64,000 nt of DNA. It comes from an uncultured Poribacteria bacterium. Its GTDB lineage: Bacteria; Poribacteria; WGA-4E; WGA-3G. The translations under genes and the position numbers were made by a program. The DNA lies in the NCBI GenBank assembly GCA_951813565.1, contig OX638351.1, forward strand, positions 1,600,001 through 1,664,000, given 5' to 3'. Position 1 is the stretch's first letter. Each line of letters opens with the position of its first letter. The notes under the pieces are model-generated. The model was not told the DNA's origin. It worked only from the letters and a program-made list of their open reading frames with translations, and did not search any database. Shown here in pieces: positions 51,926-64,000 of this stretch.

Positions 51926-54205
51926 ATGGCATCTGAAACTTTTAAAAACCTCCCTTTTTTGCAGCTGTCATCGGATATGTTTGGATATATCCATCTTGAC
52001 GGTAAACTTGTCCCACTCAATCCTGCATGGGAACAAATCCTCGGTTTTACTCACCCAGAACTCCAAGCGCGGCAGTGGATGGAACTTGTTCACCCTGATG
52101 ACCGACAACCTACGTCGGCGCAATTCTCGAAATTGAGTGCAGAAAACTGTGATACAATCTCTTTTGAGAATCGTTTTCTGTGTAGTGACGGCGAGTACAA
52201 GAGATTCTTGTGGTCAGCACAGTCTGATCCAGAACATCCTCGCTATTGTGTTGTTGCTAAGGATATAACGAGACAAAAAAGGATTGAGGCAAAACTCCGT
52301 GAAAATGAAAAAAGGTTTAAGCAATTAGCGCAAACCCATGCACAAGAAAGTGATTTCCTCCACACCCTCATGGATAATGCCCCCGACCATATCTACTTTA
52401 AGGATATTGAAAGTAAATTTATACGCATTAATCGGTCCCTCGCAAATCGATTCGGTCTCAAAAATCCGACAGAAGCCATAGGCAAAAGCGACTTTGACTT
52501 TTTTACGCGCGAACATGCACAACAAGCATATCAAGATGAACGAACGGTCATTGATACTGGAAAACCAATTGAGGGTAAGCAGGAAAAGGAAACCTGGCCA
52601 GGCGGACAAGATACATGGGTATCTACCACAAAAGTCCCGATTCGAGATAGAAGTGGACGCATCAAAGGGACATGCGGTATTTCTCGAGACATCACAGAGT
52701 ATCATAGTGCAGATCAGGCGCTTCGCGATTCTGAGGCAAAATGGCGGTCCTTGGTTGAAAGTGCTCCTGACATTATTGTGACACTTGACCTTGACTACCG
52801 ATTGCAGTTTATTAATCGGGTTCCGGCAGGTGTTAACCTCACAATAGAGGATATCGTTGGGGAAAGTATTTTTGATTTTCTGACCGATGAGCATCATGAT
52901 GGATTTCGACAGGCATGCCAACAGGTTATTGAAACAGGTGAAGTAGCAGGCTATGAAATTCAGGGAAGAATCAGTCAAAATTGGTACGCGTCTTGGATTG
53001 CGCCCATTAAACGCGACAGCAAACTTGTTGGGTTCGTTATGACTTCAACAAATATTACAGACCGAAAACAAGCAGAAACAGAATTGCAAGAAAGCGAACA
53101 ACGTTTTCGGCGTGCTGTACTCAATGCACCTCTACCGATTATGATTCATGCAGAAAACGGAGAAGTTATTCTTATCAGTCGTGCCTGGACAGAACTTACT
53201 GGGTATACATCTGAAGAGATGACAACTGTTGCCAAATGGTTAGAACAAGCGAACAGTGAAATGAGCGAGCAGATTCAAGAATATCTCGTACAGGTTAATC
53301 AAAAGAAAGAACGGAGCGCGCCAGAACAATACGAAATTATGACGAAGGCAGGCAAAAAACAGATATGGGAATTTAGTTCCTCTTTACTTGGCATCCAACC
53401 TGATGGACAACGGATTATCATTAGCATGGCACTTAACAACACTGATCGTATAAAAGCACAACATGCCATGCAAAGTGCAAAGGAAACAGCTGAATATGCG
53501 AGTAGAGCAAAAAGCGATTTTCTCGCCAACATGAGCCATGAATTGCGTACTCCTTTGAATGCTATTATTGGGTTCGCTGAAATTCTCAGAGATGAACTTG
53601 TCGGCCCTGTTAACGATGAACAGAAGGAATGTGTCAACGATATTCGCATGAGTGGACAACATCTACTTGAAATGATTAACGATATTTTGGATCTCTCAAA
53701 GATTGAAGCTGGGAAAATGATCTTACAACTTGAGGAATTTGCTATTGTTGACGCGGTTGAGGAAGTTAACGCTATCATCAAGGCTCTTGCTCTCAAGAAG
53801 AACATTGAACTTACGTTGACGTGCCAGCAAAATGTCATGATTCATGCAGATCGCGTCAAAGTGAAGCAAATATTTTACAATTTGCTTTCAAACGCTGTCA
53901 AGTTTACGCCAGAAGACGGCAAAGTAACAACGCAACTGGAAGTTACGCCTACCGATCTACAAGTCAAAGTCATAGATACTGGAATAGGAATTGCCGAAGA
54001 AGATCGAATGAAACTTTTTGCACCTTTTACACAAATAGACACTTCCAAGTCGAGACGATATGGTGGGACTGGACTCGGTCTTGCATTGACACAACGTTTG
54101 ATTGAGTTACATGGCGGACAAATCCATGTAACAAGCGAAGAGGGAAATGGAAGTACTTTCTCCTTTAATATACCAACGACTCAGATAGGACAAAAAACTA
54201 ATTGA
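51926..54205 (+). CDS. Cytoplasmic multi-PAS sensor histidine kinase
   Basis: About four PAS/PAC repeats, FLANMSHELRTPL H-box, NLLSNAVKF, DTGIG, GTGLGL. Confidence 0.95.
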   Translation: MASETFKNLPFLQLSSDMFGYIHLDGKLVPLNPAWEQILGFTHPELQARQWMELVHPDDRQPTSAQFSKLSAENCDTISFENRFLCSDGEYKRFLWSAQSDPEHPRYCVVAKDITRQKRIEAKLRENEKRFKQLAQTHAQESDFLHTLMDNAPDHIYFKDIESKFIRINRSLANRFGLKNPTEAIGKSDFDFFTREHAQQAYQDERTVIDTGKPIEGKQEKETWPGGQDTWVSTTKVPIRDRSGRIKGTCGISRDITEYHSADQALRDSEAKWRSLVESAPDIIVTLDLDYRLQFINRVPAGVNLTIEDIVGESIFDFLTDEHHDGFRQACQQVIETGEVAGYEIQGRISQNWYASWIAPIKRDSKLVGFVMTSTNITDRKQAETELQESEQRFRRAVLNAPLPIMIHAENGEVILISRAWTELTGYTSEEMTTVAKWLEQANSEMSEQIQEYLVQVNQKKERSAPEQYEIMTKAGKKQIWEFSSSLLGIQPDGQRIIISMALNNTDRIKAQHAMQSAKETAEYASRAKSDFLANMSHELRTPLNAIIGFAEILRDELVGPVNDEQKECVNDIRMSGQHLLEMINDILDLSKIEAGKMILQLEEFAIVDAVEEVNAIIKALALKKNIELTLTCQQNVMIHADRVKVKQIFYNLLSNAVKFTPEDGKVTTQLEVTPTDLQVKVIDTGIGIAEEDRMKLFAPFTQIDTSKSRRYGGTGLGLALTQRLIELHGGQIHVTSEEGNGSTFSFNIPTTQIGQKTN

Positions 54206-54257
54206 TAAATCTCGGCCTAAATTGCTGTCCTTTGCCAATGTTCTCTTATTCTACTAC

Positions 54258-54384
54258 TGCTTAGTCAAGTGCTAATTGATAGGTCTTGAAAGTAGTCGCG
54301 ATTCGGAGATCCCTCCTACCATAAGCAGCCCATCGGTAGGAGCGATCTCCGAATCGCGACGGACAATAATATGTTGACTAAGCA
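54258..54384. repeat. MITE-like element: 11-bp IRs enclosing an inverted REP doublet
   Basis: TGCTTAGTCAA...TTGACTAAGCA around GTCGCGATTCGGAGATCCCTCCTAC...GTAGGAGCGATCTCCGAATCGCGAC. Confidence 0.7.
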
Positions 54385-54487
54385 CTACCTATAATCGCTA
54401 ACCTTGGTGATTTTTTAAACAAAGCTTACCCTCTCGTTAAATTCTTGAAGCAATTTCTGCCATGTGTTTGGGCATAGGAGTTATGAG

Positions 54488-54877
54488 TTGAGTGCGGAGA
54501 GTCCGAAATCAATCTTAGTCATAGAAGACCAAGCGTTGAACCGAAAAGTTGTCCGTATTGTATTGCAATCTGAAGGCTATGAGGTTATAGAAGCGATCAA
54601 TGCAGCCGAAGCTTTAGCGTGTTTGGAGGCAAATGTCCCCGCACTCATCCTAATGGACATTGCTTTGCCCGGACAGAGTGGTGAAGAATTGACCCGCCAA
54701 ATTAAAGCTGATCCAGAGAAGTGCAGCATACCGATTATTGCATTAACTGCCGCAGCAATGTCTGGCGACCGTGAACGACTCCTTAAAGCAGGTTGCGACG
54801 ATTACCTCAGCAAGCCGATTGATACACAAGAACTTTTAGAACGTGTGGCACACTATCTTGAAGGAAGTGCAACATGA
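54488..54877 (+). CDS. Single-domain response regulator (DivK-like)
   Basis: ILVIED, LMDIALP, IIALTA, YLSKP. Confidence 0.92.
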   Translation: MSAESPKSILVIEDQALNRKVVRIVLQSEGYEVIEAINAAEALACLEANVPALILMDIALPGQSGEELTRQIKADPEKCSIPIIALTAAAMSGDRERLLKAGCDDYLSKPIDTQELLERVAHYLEGSAT

Positions 54878-56034
54878 ATACCCAAGAATCCACAAAAATT
54901 CTTGTTGTTGACGATGAACCTCGCAACGTCAAAATTCTTCAGATCCAACTTGAGTCGCGCGGTTACATCGTCCTCACTGCTGGCGATGGTGCTGAGGCAT
55001 TAGAAGTTATCAAGGACGAAACGCCTGATCTTATCTTGTTAGATATTAACATGCCCAGAGTAGATGGGTACGAAGTGTTAGCAAAGGTGCGCGCAGATAA
55101 GACGACAGAATTTATCCCTATCATCATGATAACCGCCCTGCGCGATACAGAAGAAAACCGAATTAAGGCAGTTGAAGCTGGTGCAGACGATTTTATAGAA
55201 AAACCTTTTAATAGTTTTGAAGTGTTGGCTCGGATTAAATCCCTCTTACGCATTAAGCTTTATCACGACACTCTTGAACAACACAATGCTCGTTTGGAGA
55301 TGGAACTTCAGATGGCGCGAAGTGTTCAAGAAATAATAATTCCGCAGAACGGTTCTCAAGATTTGGCAGGATTTCGCACAGCTTCATACTGTCGTCCTGC
55401 GCTTGCGGTCGGTGGTGATTTTTTTGATCTATGGGAGATTGATGGAGATCGGATAGGTGTCTTAATTTCTGATGTGATGGGGCATGGTGCTTCTGCTGCT
55501 CTCGTCACTGTGTTTATCAAAACAGTTTTAACGGAACATCGGGAACATATAGAGAATAATCCTGCTCAGCTCTTACACATCCTCAACACACGTTTCAACG
55601 ATATAATTAGTTCCCGTCTATTTATGTTTGCCACTGCGTTCTGTGGTGTTTTTGATCTAACGAAAAAAGAACTCGTTTGTGCTAATGCCGGCCATCCGTT
55701 TCCGTTTTTGCAACACGAATTGCAATCAAACTGTGAAGCGATCACTGACAAACATACCGGAAACGGTTTGGGTATTCGGAGAGAATCTGTATACGAAAAT
55801 TGCTACTACCCGTTTGATTCTTCAAGTAGAGCCTTTTTCTACACCGATGGTGTCTATGAAGTTAAAAATCCACAGGGTGAAGAATTTTCTGTAGAACGAC
55901 TCCAAAACGTGGTAAAGATGTGCAAGGGAGAATCGCCAGCGCAACTTATCCAATGTGTTTCTGATGCTATCACTGAATTTACAGACACTCGTCCCAATGA
56001 GGATGACTTAACACTTATTGCAATTCAGGGTTAA
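54874..56034 (+). CDS. Response regulator-PP2C/SpoIIE phosphatase (RsbU/RsbY-like)
   Basis: REC domain, then VGGDFFD, SDVMGHG, ANAGHP, YTDG, DDLT. Confidence 0.92.
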   Translation: MNTQESTKILVVDDEPRNVKILQIQLESRGYIVLTAGDGAEALEVIKDETPDLILLDINMPRVDGYEVLAKVRADKTTEFIPIIMITALRDTEENRIKAVEAGADDFIEKPFNSFEVLARIKSLLRIKLYHDTLEQHNARLEMELQMARSVQEIIIPQNGSQDLAGFRTASYCRPALAVGGDFFDLWEIDGDRIGVLISDVMGHGASAALVTVFIKTVLTEHREHIENNPAQLLHILNTRFNDIISSRLFMFATAFCGVFDLTKKELVCANAGHPFPFLQHELQSNCEAITDKHTGNGLGIRRESVYENCYYPFDSSSRAFFYTDGVYEVKNPQGEEFSVERLQNVVKMCKGESPAQLIQCVSDAITEFTDTRPNEDDLTLIAIQG

Positions 56035-56477
56035 TTTTCACCTATTTTGACATCTCGATAGAAAATAGCAGTCACATCTGTTCCCCCAACCGCATTCGCT
56101 TCCAATTTATGAACATCAGTGAGACATTTTATTAAGTACAGACCATGCCCGCTTTCACCCGCGGGAGAGCGCTGCTCTTGAATCTCTGCTAATCTCTCAG
56201 GTGTTATCCAATCCTGCGTGTTACTTCCGCCTTTATCTCGGACGACAATTTCAAGTGTGCGCGTGTCCACAGAAATTTGCAATTGAATTCCACTCGATAC
56301 ACACGTGGACCCGTGATAAACTGCGTTGCTACACATTTCGTCAAGAGCGAGCTGAACATCTGCTATCCGTTTCTTGGAAAATTTTAGCGTTTCACACAAC
56401 TTTCCGATAAACGCCCGTACCGATTCGAGGTAATACACGTCGCTCGGCACCTTCAACTCAATATGGGATTTCTCCAT
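56031..56477 (-). CDS. RsbW-like anti-sigma factor/Ser kinase
   Basis: LALDEMCSNAVYHG, VRDKG, SGHGLYLI. Confidence 0.88.
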   Translation of the reverse strand: MEKSHIELKVPSDVYYLESVRAFIGKLCETLKFSKKRIADVQLALDEMCSNAVYHGSTCVSSGIQLQISVDTRTLEIVVRDKGGSNTQDWITPERLAEIQEQRSPAGESGHGLYLIKCLTDVHKLEANAVGGTDVTAIFYRDVKIGEN

Positions 56478-56513
56478 GGGCTAACACCAGTTTTTCTTTT
56501 TTTATGACATTGA

Positions 56514-56867
56514 TTAAAAAGCCGCAATTGCGCTCTTCTCAGATTCATAAATTTCAACAACACTGGAAGCCCCTATAAGATTAAAGGTCCGGGTGAGGGT
56601 TGCAGCTAAATTGCATAGTTTGAGGTCACCACCGTTTTGGCGGAGTCGTTTTGCGATGCCTACTAACGTCCCTACTGCAGTACTGTTGATGTGGTTAACT
56701 TCGCTGAAATTCACAACAACCTTATTTACCTTTTCCATCAAAAGATTCTCCAGAACTTTCCGCAAATCCGAGGCAGCGTAACTGCTTAAGTCGGTTTTTA
56801 CATCAATGATTTTGACATCCGCATTCTCCCGAGTGGTTATAAATTCGGTACCGGTCATAAAAGTCAC
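56514..56867 (-). CDS. STAS anti-sigma-factor antagonist (third copy)
   Basis: VVNFSEVNHINSTAVGTL...GGDLKL. Confidence 0.88.
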   Translation of the reverse strand: MTFMTGTEFITTRENADVKIIDVKTDLSSYAASDLRKVLENLLMEKVNKVVVNFSEVNHINSTAVGTLVGIAKRLRQNGGDLKLCNLAATLTRTFNLIGASSVVEIYESEKSAIAAF

Positions 56868-57174
56868 CTTCCGTAGTTAAAATCCGTATCTACCATTTTA
56901 GTTTAGATTCATAAAAAAATCAAGCATTTTTTAAATTTAACATTCCATAAACTAAATTCACATTACCTAATCGGGTGTGCAAATATATTGTCATATAGGT
57001 TCAATTGGCAAAGAATCCTTCGTGTTTTCCACTGGAGGCGAATCAACGCAGCGGGCGCATGCGGTCACGTCTAATGTATCTAAGCAACGGGCGGGCACAG
57101 AGACCCGCCGTTACAATAAGAGATGTACATAACTTTTGACAAAATATTTAGACTTTCCAATTGAAAGATTATTG

Positions 57175-57203
57175 TTGCATTTCTATGTACATTGTGATAT
57201 ACT
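57175..57203 (+). promoter_or_regulatory. Sigma-70 promoter of rpsA
   Basis: TTGCAT-N17-TATACT. Confidence 0.55.
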
Positions 57204-57302
57204 ATTAAGTAACCGATTTGAAAGTGCCAGAAGCACTTCGCAACAAGGAGGAACTGGCGGACTTAACGCTGTTTTGCGTTTTGAGGAGACCCAGGTATCT
57301 TA

Positions 57303-59792
57303 ATGAATAACGAACAGACCCATACAGATGATTCCACCGTTGACGTGGAAGAAGAAAAACAATCAGTTGAAACTTCAACTGAAGTTACGCAAGATGAAGG
57401 AAATGAAACAGAAACAGAGGTAGAGACAACTTCTGACAATGCTGAAACAGAACAGGCGGAATCTCCAGTTGATGAACCTGCGCAAGTTGATCAAACTGAT
57501 GAAACCGATCAGATTGCCGAATCTGAAGAAGTTTCTGAAAGCACCCCATCCGAAACTGAATCTGAAGAAGCTGATCAAACTGCTGAAGCCGAAAGTGAGA
57601 CCGCTGAAGCCGAGGCTGATGAGGTCAATCAAACTGCTGATCCTGAGATCACCACATCAGAAGTCGAACCCCAGGAAGCCACCCCGACTGCCGAAGCTGA
57701 AAACGAAATCCCTGAAACCGAGGCTGATGAAGTTTCTCCGCCTTCCGAACCTGGAAGCGACACAGTAGAGGAACAAACGACTCCGATGAGTCAGGAATCT
57801 CTTGAAGAAGCTTATGATAATTCACTTAAAGCGTTTACCGATGGAGAGATTGTTAAAGGAACCGTTGTAGATGTAAGTCGCGATGAAGTGATGATTGACA
57901 TCGGTTTTAAATCAGAAGGTTATATTCCAGCATCTGAGTTTGATTCGGCAGAAAATGATTTGCCTTCGGTACAAGTGGGCGATGAAATTGATGTGTATAT
58001 TGTCCGGCGAGAAGATTCAGAAGGGCAAATAGTTCTTTCAAAGAAAATAGCTGATCAGACGTTAGTTTGGGACGAAATAACGCAAGCTTATGAGAGCGGT
58101 TCACCGGTCGAAGGCCGAATAACAGAGCGGATTAAAGGTGGGTTACGAGTGACTGTCGGGTCTTTGCGAGGATTTTTGCCTGCCTCACAAGTTGAATTAC
58201 GACCTATTCAAAACCTTGACCAGTACATCGGGGAAGTTTTTCAGATGAAGGTCATCAGCATGAGTAAACGACGGCACAACATTGTTTTGTCGCGCCGTGC
58301 ATGGCTGGAAGCTGAAATGGCCGAAAAGAAAGAAGAAGTCCTAAAAACTCTTGAAGTTGGTCAACACATAACTGGCGTAGTCAAGAACATTACCGCTTTT
58401 GGAGCATTCGTCGACCTTGGTGGGGTTGATGGTTTACTCCATAAGACCGACATGGCATGGAAGCGCATTAATCATCCATCCGAAATTGTTTCTATTGGTG
58501 AGGAAATTGAAGTTCAAGTCATTGCTATTGCACAAGAGAGCGAAAAAATTTCGTTGGGATTGAAACAGAAGACACCTGACCCGTGGGAAAATGTTGAGGA
58601 AAAATATCCTATCGGCTCAAGGATTAATGGTACAGTTGTGAATATTGTCAATTACGGTGTTTTTGTCCAACTTGAAGAAGCAGTTGAAGGCTTAATTCAC
58701 GTTTCAGAAATGGCGTGGACTCGCCGTAACGTTGCCCCATCGCGCATTGTTAGTAAGGGTGATGAGATTGAGGCGATCGTTCTTGAAATTTCTAGAGAGG
58801 ACAAACGGATTTCCTTAGGAATTAAACAATTACAACCGAATCCTTGGGAACTCTTGGAACAGAGGTTTCCTGTTGGAACCAAGATTACAGGACGCATCCG
58901 AAATCTCACAAATTTTGGCGCATTTGTTGAAATTGAAGAAGGTATTGACGGATTAATTCATACCTCTGATCTTTCTTGGACAGATCGTGGGTCTAACCCA
59001 CAAGAATTACTTAAAGAAGGTGATGAGGTTGAGGTCGTTGTGCTGCAGATTGACGCTTCTGAACGGCGCGTTTCATTAGGGCTTAAACAGACACAACCTG
59101 ATCCTTGGGATGAGGTTCCCGAAAAGTATAAGGTCGGCTCTGTCGTCCGCGGACAGATTGTTAATTTGACCAGTTTTGGTGCGTTCACAAAACTTGAGGA
59201 GGGTATTGATGGGCTTATTCACATTTCTGAAATCGCTGACCGTAGGATCGAAAGACCGGAAGAGGTTGTTTCTGTCGGAGATGAAATAGATGTTAAAGTC
59301 ATTAACCTTGATCCAAAAGGTAGACGTATTGGCTTGAGTTTGAAAGCAGCAATAGCAGACCAAGAACGAGCTGCTGCCCCACCAGAAGAAAGACAAGAAC
59401 GTCCCCGTCGCCAACGTCCTGCACCGCAACGCGAACCCAGAGAATCTAAACCTGTTGAGGAAGAGGAAACCGTGATGGGTGCTCTGCTCAAACGGGAAAT
59501 GGGAAAAAACAATATTGACAATCTTGTGAATTCCCAGGAGACAGAAGACACTGAAGAAACTGAAAGCGCTGAAACTTCCGAGAACACTGAGAAAGTTGAG
59601 AGTGCTGAAACTTCTGAGGAAACTTCCGAGAACACTGAGAAAGTTGAGAGTGCTGAAACTTCTGAGGAAACTGAGAATGTAGAAACTTCTGAGGAAACTT
59701 CCGAGAACACTGAGAAAGTTGAGAGTGCTGAAACTTCTGAGGAAACTGAGAATGTAGAAACTTCTGAGGAAACTGAGAATTCTGAAAGTTAA
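57303..59792 (+). CDS. rpsA: 30S ribosomal protein S1 with long acidic N- and C-terminal extensions
   Basis: Six S1 domains ([27 protein letters not shown] repeats). Confidence 0.95.
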   Translation: MNNEQTHTDDSTVDVEEEKQSVETSTEVTQDEGNETETEVETTSDNAETEQAESPVDEPAQVDQTDETDQIAESEEVSESTPSETESEEADQTAEAESETAEAEADEVNQTADPEITTSEVEPQEATPTAEAENEIPETEADEVSPPSEPGSDTVEEQTTPMSQESLEEAYDNSLKAFTDGEIVKGTVVDVSRDEVMIDIGFKSEGYIPASEFDSAENDLPSVQVGDEIDVYIVRREDSEGQIVLSKKIADQTLVWDEITQAYESGSPVEGRITERIKGGLRVTVGSLRGFLPASQVELRPIQNLDQYIGEVFQMKVISMSKRRHNIVLSRRAWLEAEMAEKKEEVLKTLEVGQHITGVVKNITAFGAFVDLGGVDGLLHKTDMAWKRINHPSEIVSIGEEIEVQVIAIAQESEKISLGLKQKTPDPWENVEEKYPIGSRINGTVVNIVNYGVFVQLEEAVEGLIHVSEMAWTRRNVAPSRIVSKGDEIEAIVLEISREDKRISLGIKQLQPNPWELLEQRFPVGTKITGRIRNLTNFGAFVEIEEGIDGLIHTSDLSWTDRGSNPQELLKEGDEVEVVVLQIDASERRVSLGLKQTQPDPWDEVPEKYKVGSVVRGQIVNLTSFGAFTKLEEGIDGLIHISEIADRRIERPEEVVSVGDEIDVKVINLDPKGRRIGLSLKAAIADQERAAAPPEERQERPRRQRPAPQREPRESKPVEEEETVMGALLKREMGKNNIDNLVNSQETEDTEETESAETSENTEKVESAETSEETSENTEKVESAETSEETENVETSEETSENTEKVESAETSEETENVETSEETENSES
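59540..59789 (+). repeat. Compound in-frame tandem repeat in the rpsA tail
   Basis: GAAACTTCCGAGAACACTGAGAAAGTTGAGAGTGCTGAAACTTCTGAG x3, interleaved with ETENVETSE units. Confidence 0.9.
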
Positions 59793-60150
59793 ATGTTTAT
59801 AGTAGATTTTACAATTAATGATACACATTGATCGGCGCGCTTGCAAAGCGCGCCTACTTGTGATATAAGAGGCGACGAATGCCATACGCGCATGAGGCGT
59901 TGATTTGGCAATAAATTCGCGACTACAAACGCTGTAAATCCAAAGAAAATGTTCCGGTATTTTAGGTTTTACCAAAATTTTCTGCTATAGCGTCTCGTAC
60001 AATGCTGCTCTCTATTCATATTTAACGGGCATTTCTATGCTATATAATACAATAAAATATGTCCCGGGATGTCCTTTTATCACGGAAATAGAGATGCTAT
60101 TTCATTTCGCATGAGGGCAAAAAGAAAAATATGCAGACAGGAGAACCGAA

Positions 60151-62549
<2,399 letters not shown>

Positions 62550-62577
62550 TTTTGGCTTAGACACACTCTGAAAACCT

Positions 62578-62811
62578 ATGAAAAAGTCAGAAATCTGGGA
62601 GGGAGTGATATTACTCCTTGCAGTGTTACTCTTGTTACCGATATGGTTAGCACAGACTGGTAAAGTTCAATTCCCTCCAGCAATTTTCACGTTCCTTGAG
62701 TATTTGCCATATCCACTTATCGTTGTGCTCGCTGTCATTTTTGTGCGCCGCTTGCGCCGAATCATCAGTGCGTTGCGTGAGAACAAAAACCGTCCTGGCA
62801 TGTTTTCGTAA
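62578..62811 (+). CDS. Small two-TM membrane protein
   Basis: Two hydrophobic helices followed by a basic tail. Confidence 0.6.
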   Translation: MKKSEIWEGVILLLAVLLLLPIWLAQTGKVQFPPAIFTFLEYLPYPLIVVLAVIFVRRLRRIISALRENKNRPGMFS

Positions 62812-62820
62812 GACCAGATA

Positions 62821-62879
62821 AATTAATTTCCAACCCATAGACGTGCTTACAAAGCACGTCTATGGGTTGGAAATTAATT
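62821..62879. repeat. Perfect 28-bp inverted repeat with a 3-nt loop
   Basis: AATTAATTTCCAACCCATAGACGTGCTT-ACA-AAGCACGTCTATGGGTTGGAAATTAATT. Confidence 0.9.
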
Positions 62880-63255
62880 GTATAATACCATTTCTAATTG
62901 AGCGCTTTTCATTAACGAAAAACGTGCTTGTAGTCGCGCAATTCATTGCATCTCTTACATTCTTCACCTCAGTTTGAACCCATAATCTTATAATGAAATC
63001 TTATTATTTAACGTGGGTTCGATAAAAGAATTCAAATTTGGACGTTGTGTTTCACTTATGCCCATCTAATCGAAAGACTTTGGTAGGAGAGCAAGGCAAA
63101 GTTGTTTTTCCAGGTATATGAATTCTTGAGAACATGCAGGCAAAAATTACGGGGATACTTCACACCTATTTTACGACCATGATTGCTAAACTCACAGCGT
63201 TCACATATTTTGTAAAACTGCTAATGCCATATAATCTATTAGAATAGGGGAGAAT

Positions 63256-63915
63256 ATGAATTTTAGCAAACAGATTTGTGTTTTGGTTTTCGTGGCAATG
63301 CTATCAACATCTCTAACAGTAGCTGCCGAAGAAGAAACCGAAGAGATTTACACATTAGAAGAAGTCGTGGTTACTGCAAGTAAGCGTGAGCAGTTGTCTT
63401 TTGAGGTGCCGCTTTCCGTTTCGACTATCCGTGGCGACAAATCCGATGCCTTGCGATCATCAGGTTTGGATTTGCGATTTTTGTCTAATCGGACACCAAG
63501 TTTACAGATGGAGTCCTCTTTTGGACGTGTCTTTCCACGTTTTTATATCCGTGGACTTGGCAATACGGGATTTTGACCTCAACGCTTCGTAGCCTGTTTC
63601 GTGCCAATATCTTGGCACCGGGTGAGGGTGGTCCAAGATTTTACGCGTGACAGCATTGCACACGACGGGCGTAATGAACAAACGCTGGAGTCAGGTGGTT
63701 TAACCGCTGAAGTGCGTTACGATATTGGAAACTTCCAACTTGTTTCCCTGACGGGATTGGAGCGACTTACCACTTTTTCGCGCGGAGATATTGATGCCGG
63801 ATACGGTGCTGCGTTCCTTCCGTCAAGCGGTCCCGGTGTGATTCCTTTTCCTTCAGAAACAGCGTCCGGTATTCCCTTGCTGAACCAGTTTAGCCAAGAA
63901 GTCCGCTTCTGCTGA
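63256..63915 (+). pseudogene. TonB-dependent receptor remnant
   Basis: Signal peptide, LEEVVVTASKRE, FYIRGLG plug, then frameshift/stops and barrel-like strands ending FSQEVR. Confidence 0.8.
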
Positions 63916-64000
63916 GGGAACTTTTTCCATTGATGGCAACAGTCTACCGCAAGCACCCGCTTGGATTGCAGATGTGACGTTACGTTACATGCTTGATCTG

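Noticed and set aside
59540..59789. Repeats as a CRISPR array
   Set aside because: In-frame coding repeats in rpsA, no unique spacers, no cas genes
59076..59975. Long antisense ORFs (also 19684-20115, 20731-21309, 52325-52978 and others)
   Set aside because: Shadows of real genes or repeats on the opposite strand, with no independent motifs
59793..60150. SAM/SAH riboswitch upstream of metK-ahcY
   Set aside because: No recognisable consensus by eye; the hairpins there are REP-family copies. An Rfam scan would be decisive

Overview
Bacterial chromosomal window of moderate GC. The protein styles (LRR+dockerin, trypsin+TPR, ECF-sigma fusion, DUF5916-like outer-membrane proteins) suggest Candidatus Poribacteria or a similar lineage; this is inference only. 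Intact core loci: an F1Fo ATP synthase operon interrupted by accessory genes, a TCA cluster (highly divergent citrate-synthase-fold gene, icd, mdh), eda, iolC/iolD, rlmB, radC, an Rsb-like partner-switching/two-component cluster, rpsA with very long acidic extensions, metK and ahcY. The accessory layer is the most interesting part. (i) An IS607 element has a TnpB with the rearranged, Fanzor2-like RuvC site and a long N-terminal extension overprinted on tnpA, and it appears to have inserted at the GG of a Shine-Dalgarno sequence. (ii) A family of TACC...GGTA miniature elements duplicates TAA/TTA, carries GTAG-type REP hairpins and nests Russian-doll style; removing them restores reading frames of an LRR gene and an STT3/PglB-like oligosaccharyltransferase gene. 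(iii) A REP hairpin is retained in-frame in two paralogous outer-membrane genes. (iv) A 172-bp duplication of the atpC 3' end brackets a nucleotidyltransferase cassette. Also present: an IS630, a C-terminally truncated FtsZ and a tandem CNNM/CorC fusion. No rRNA, tRNA or CRISPR array was recognised. All family assignments come from motif recognition by eye, not database searches.
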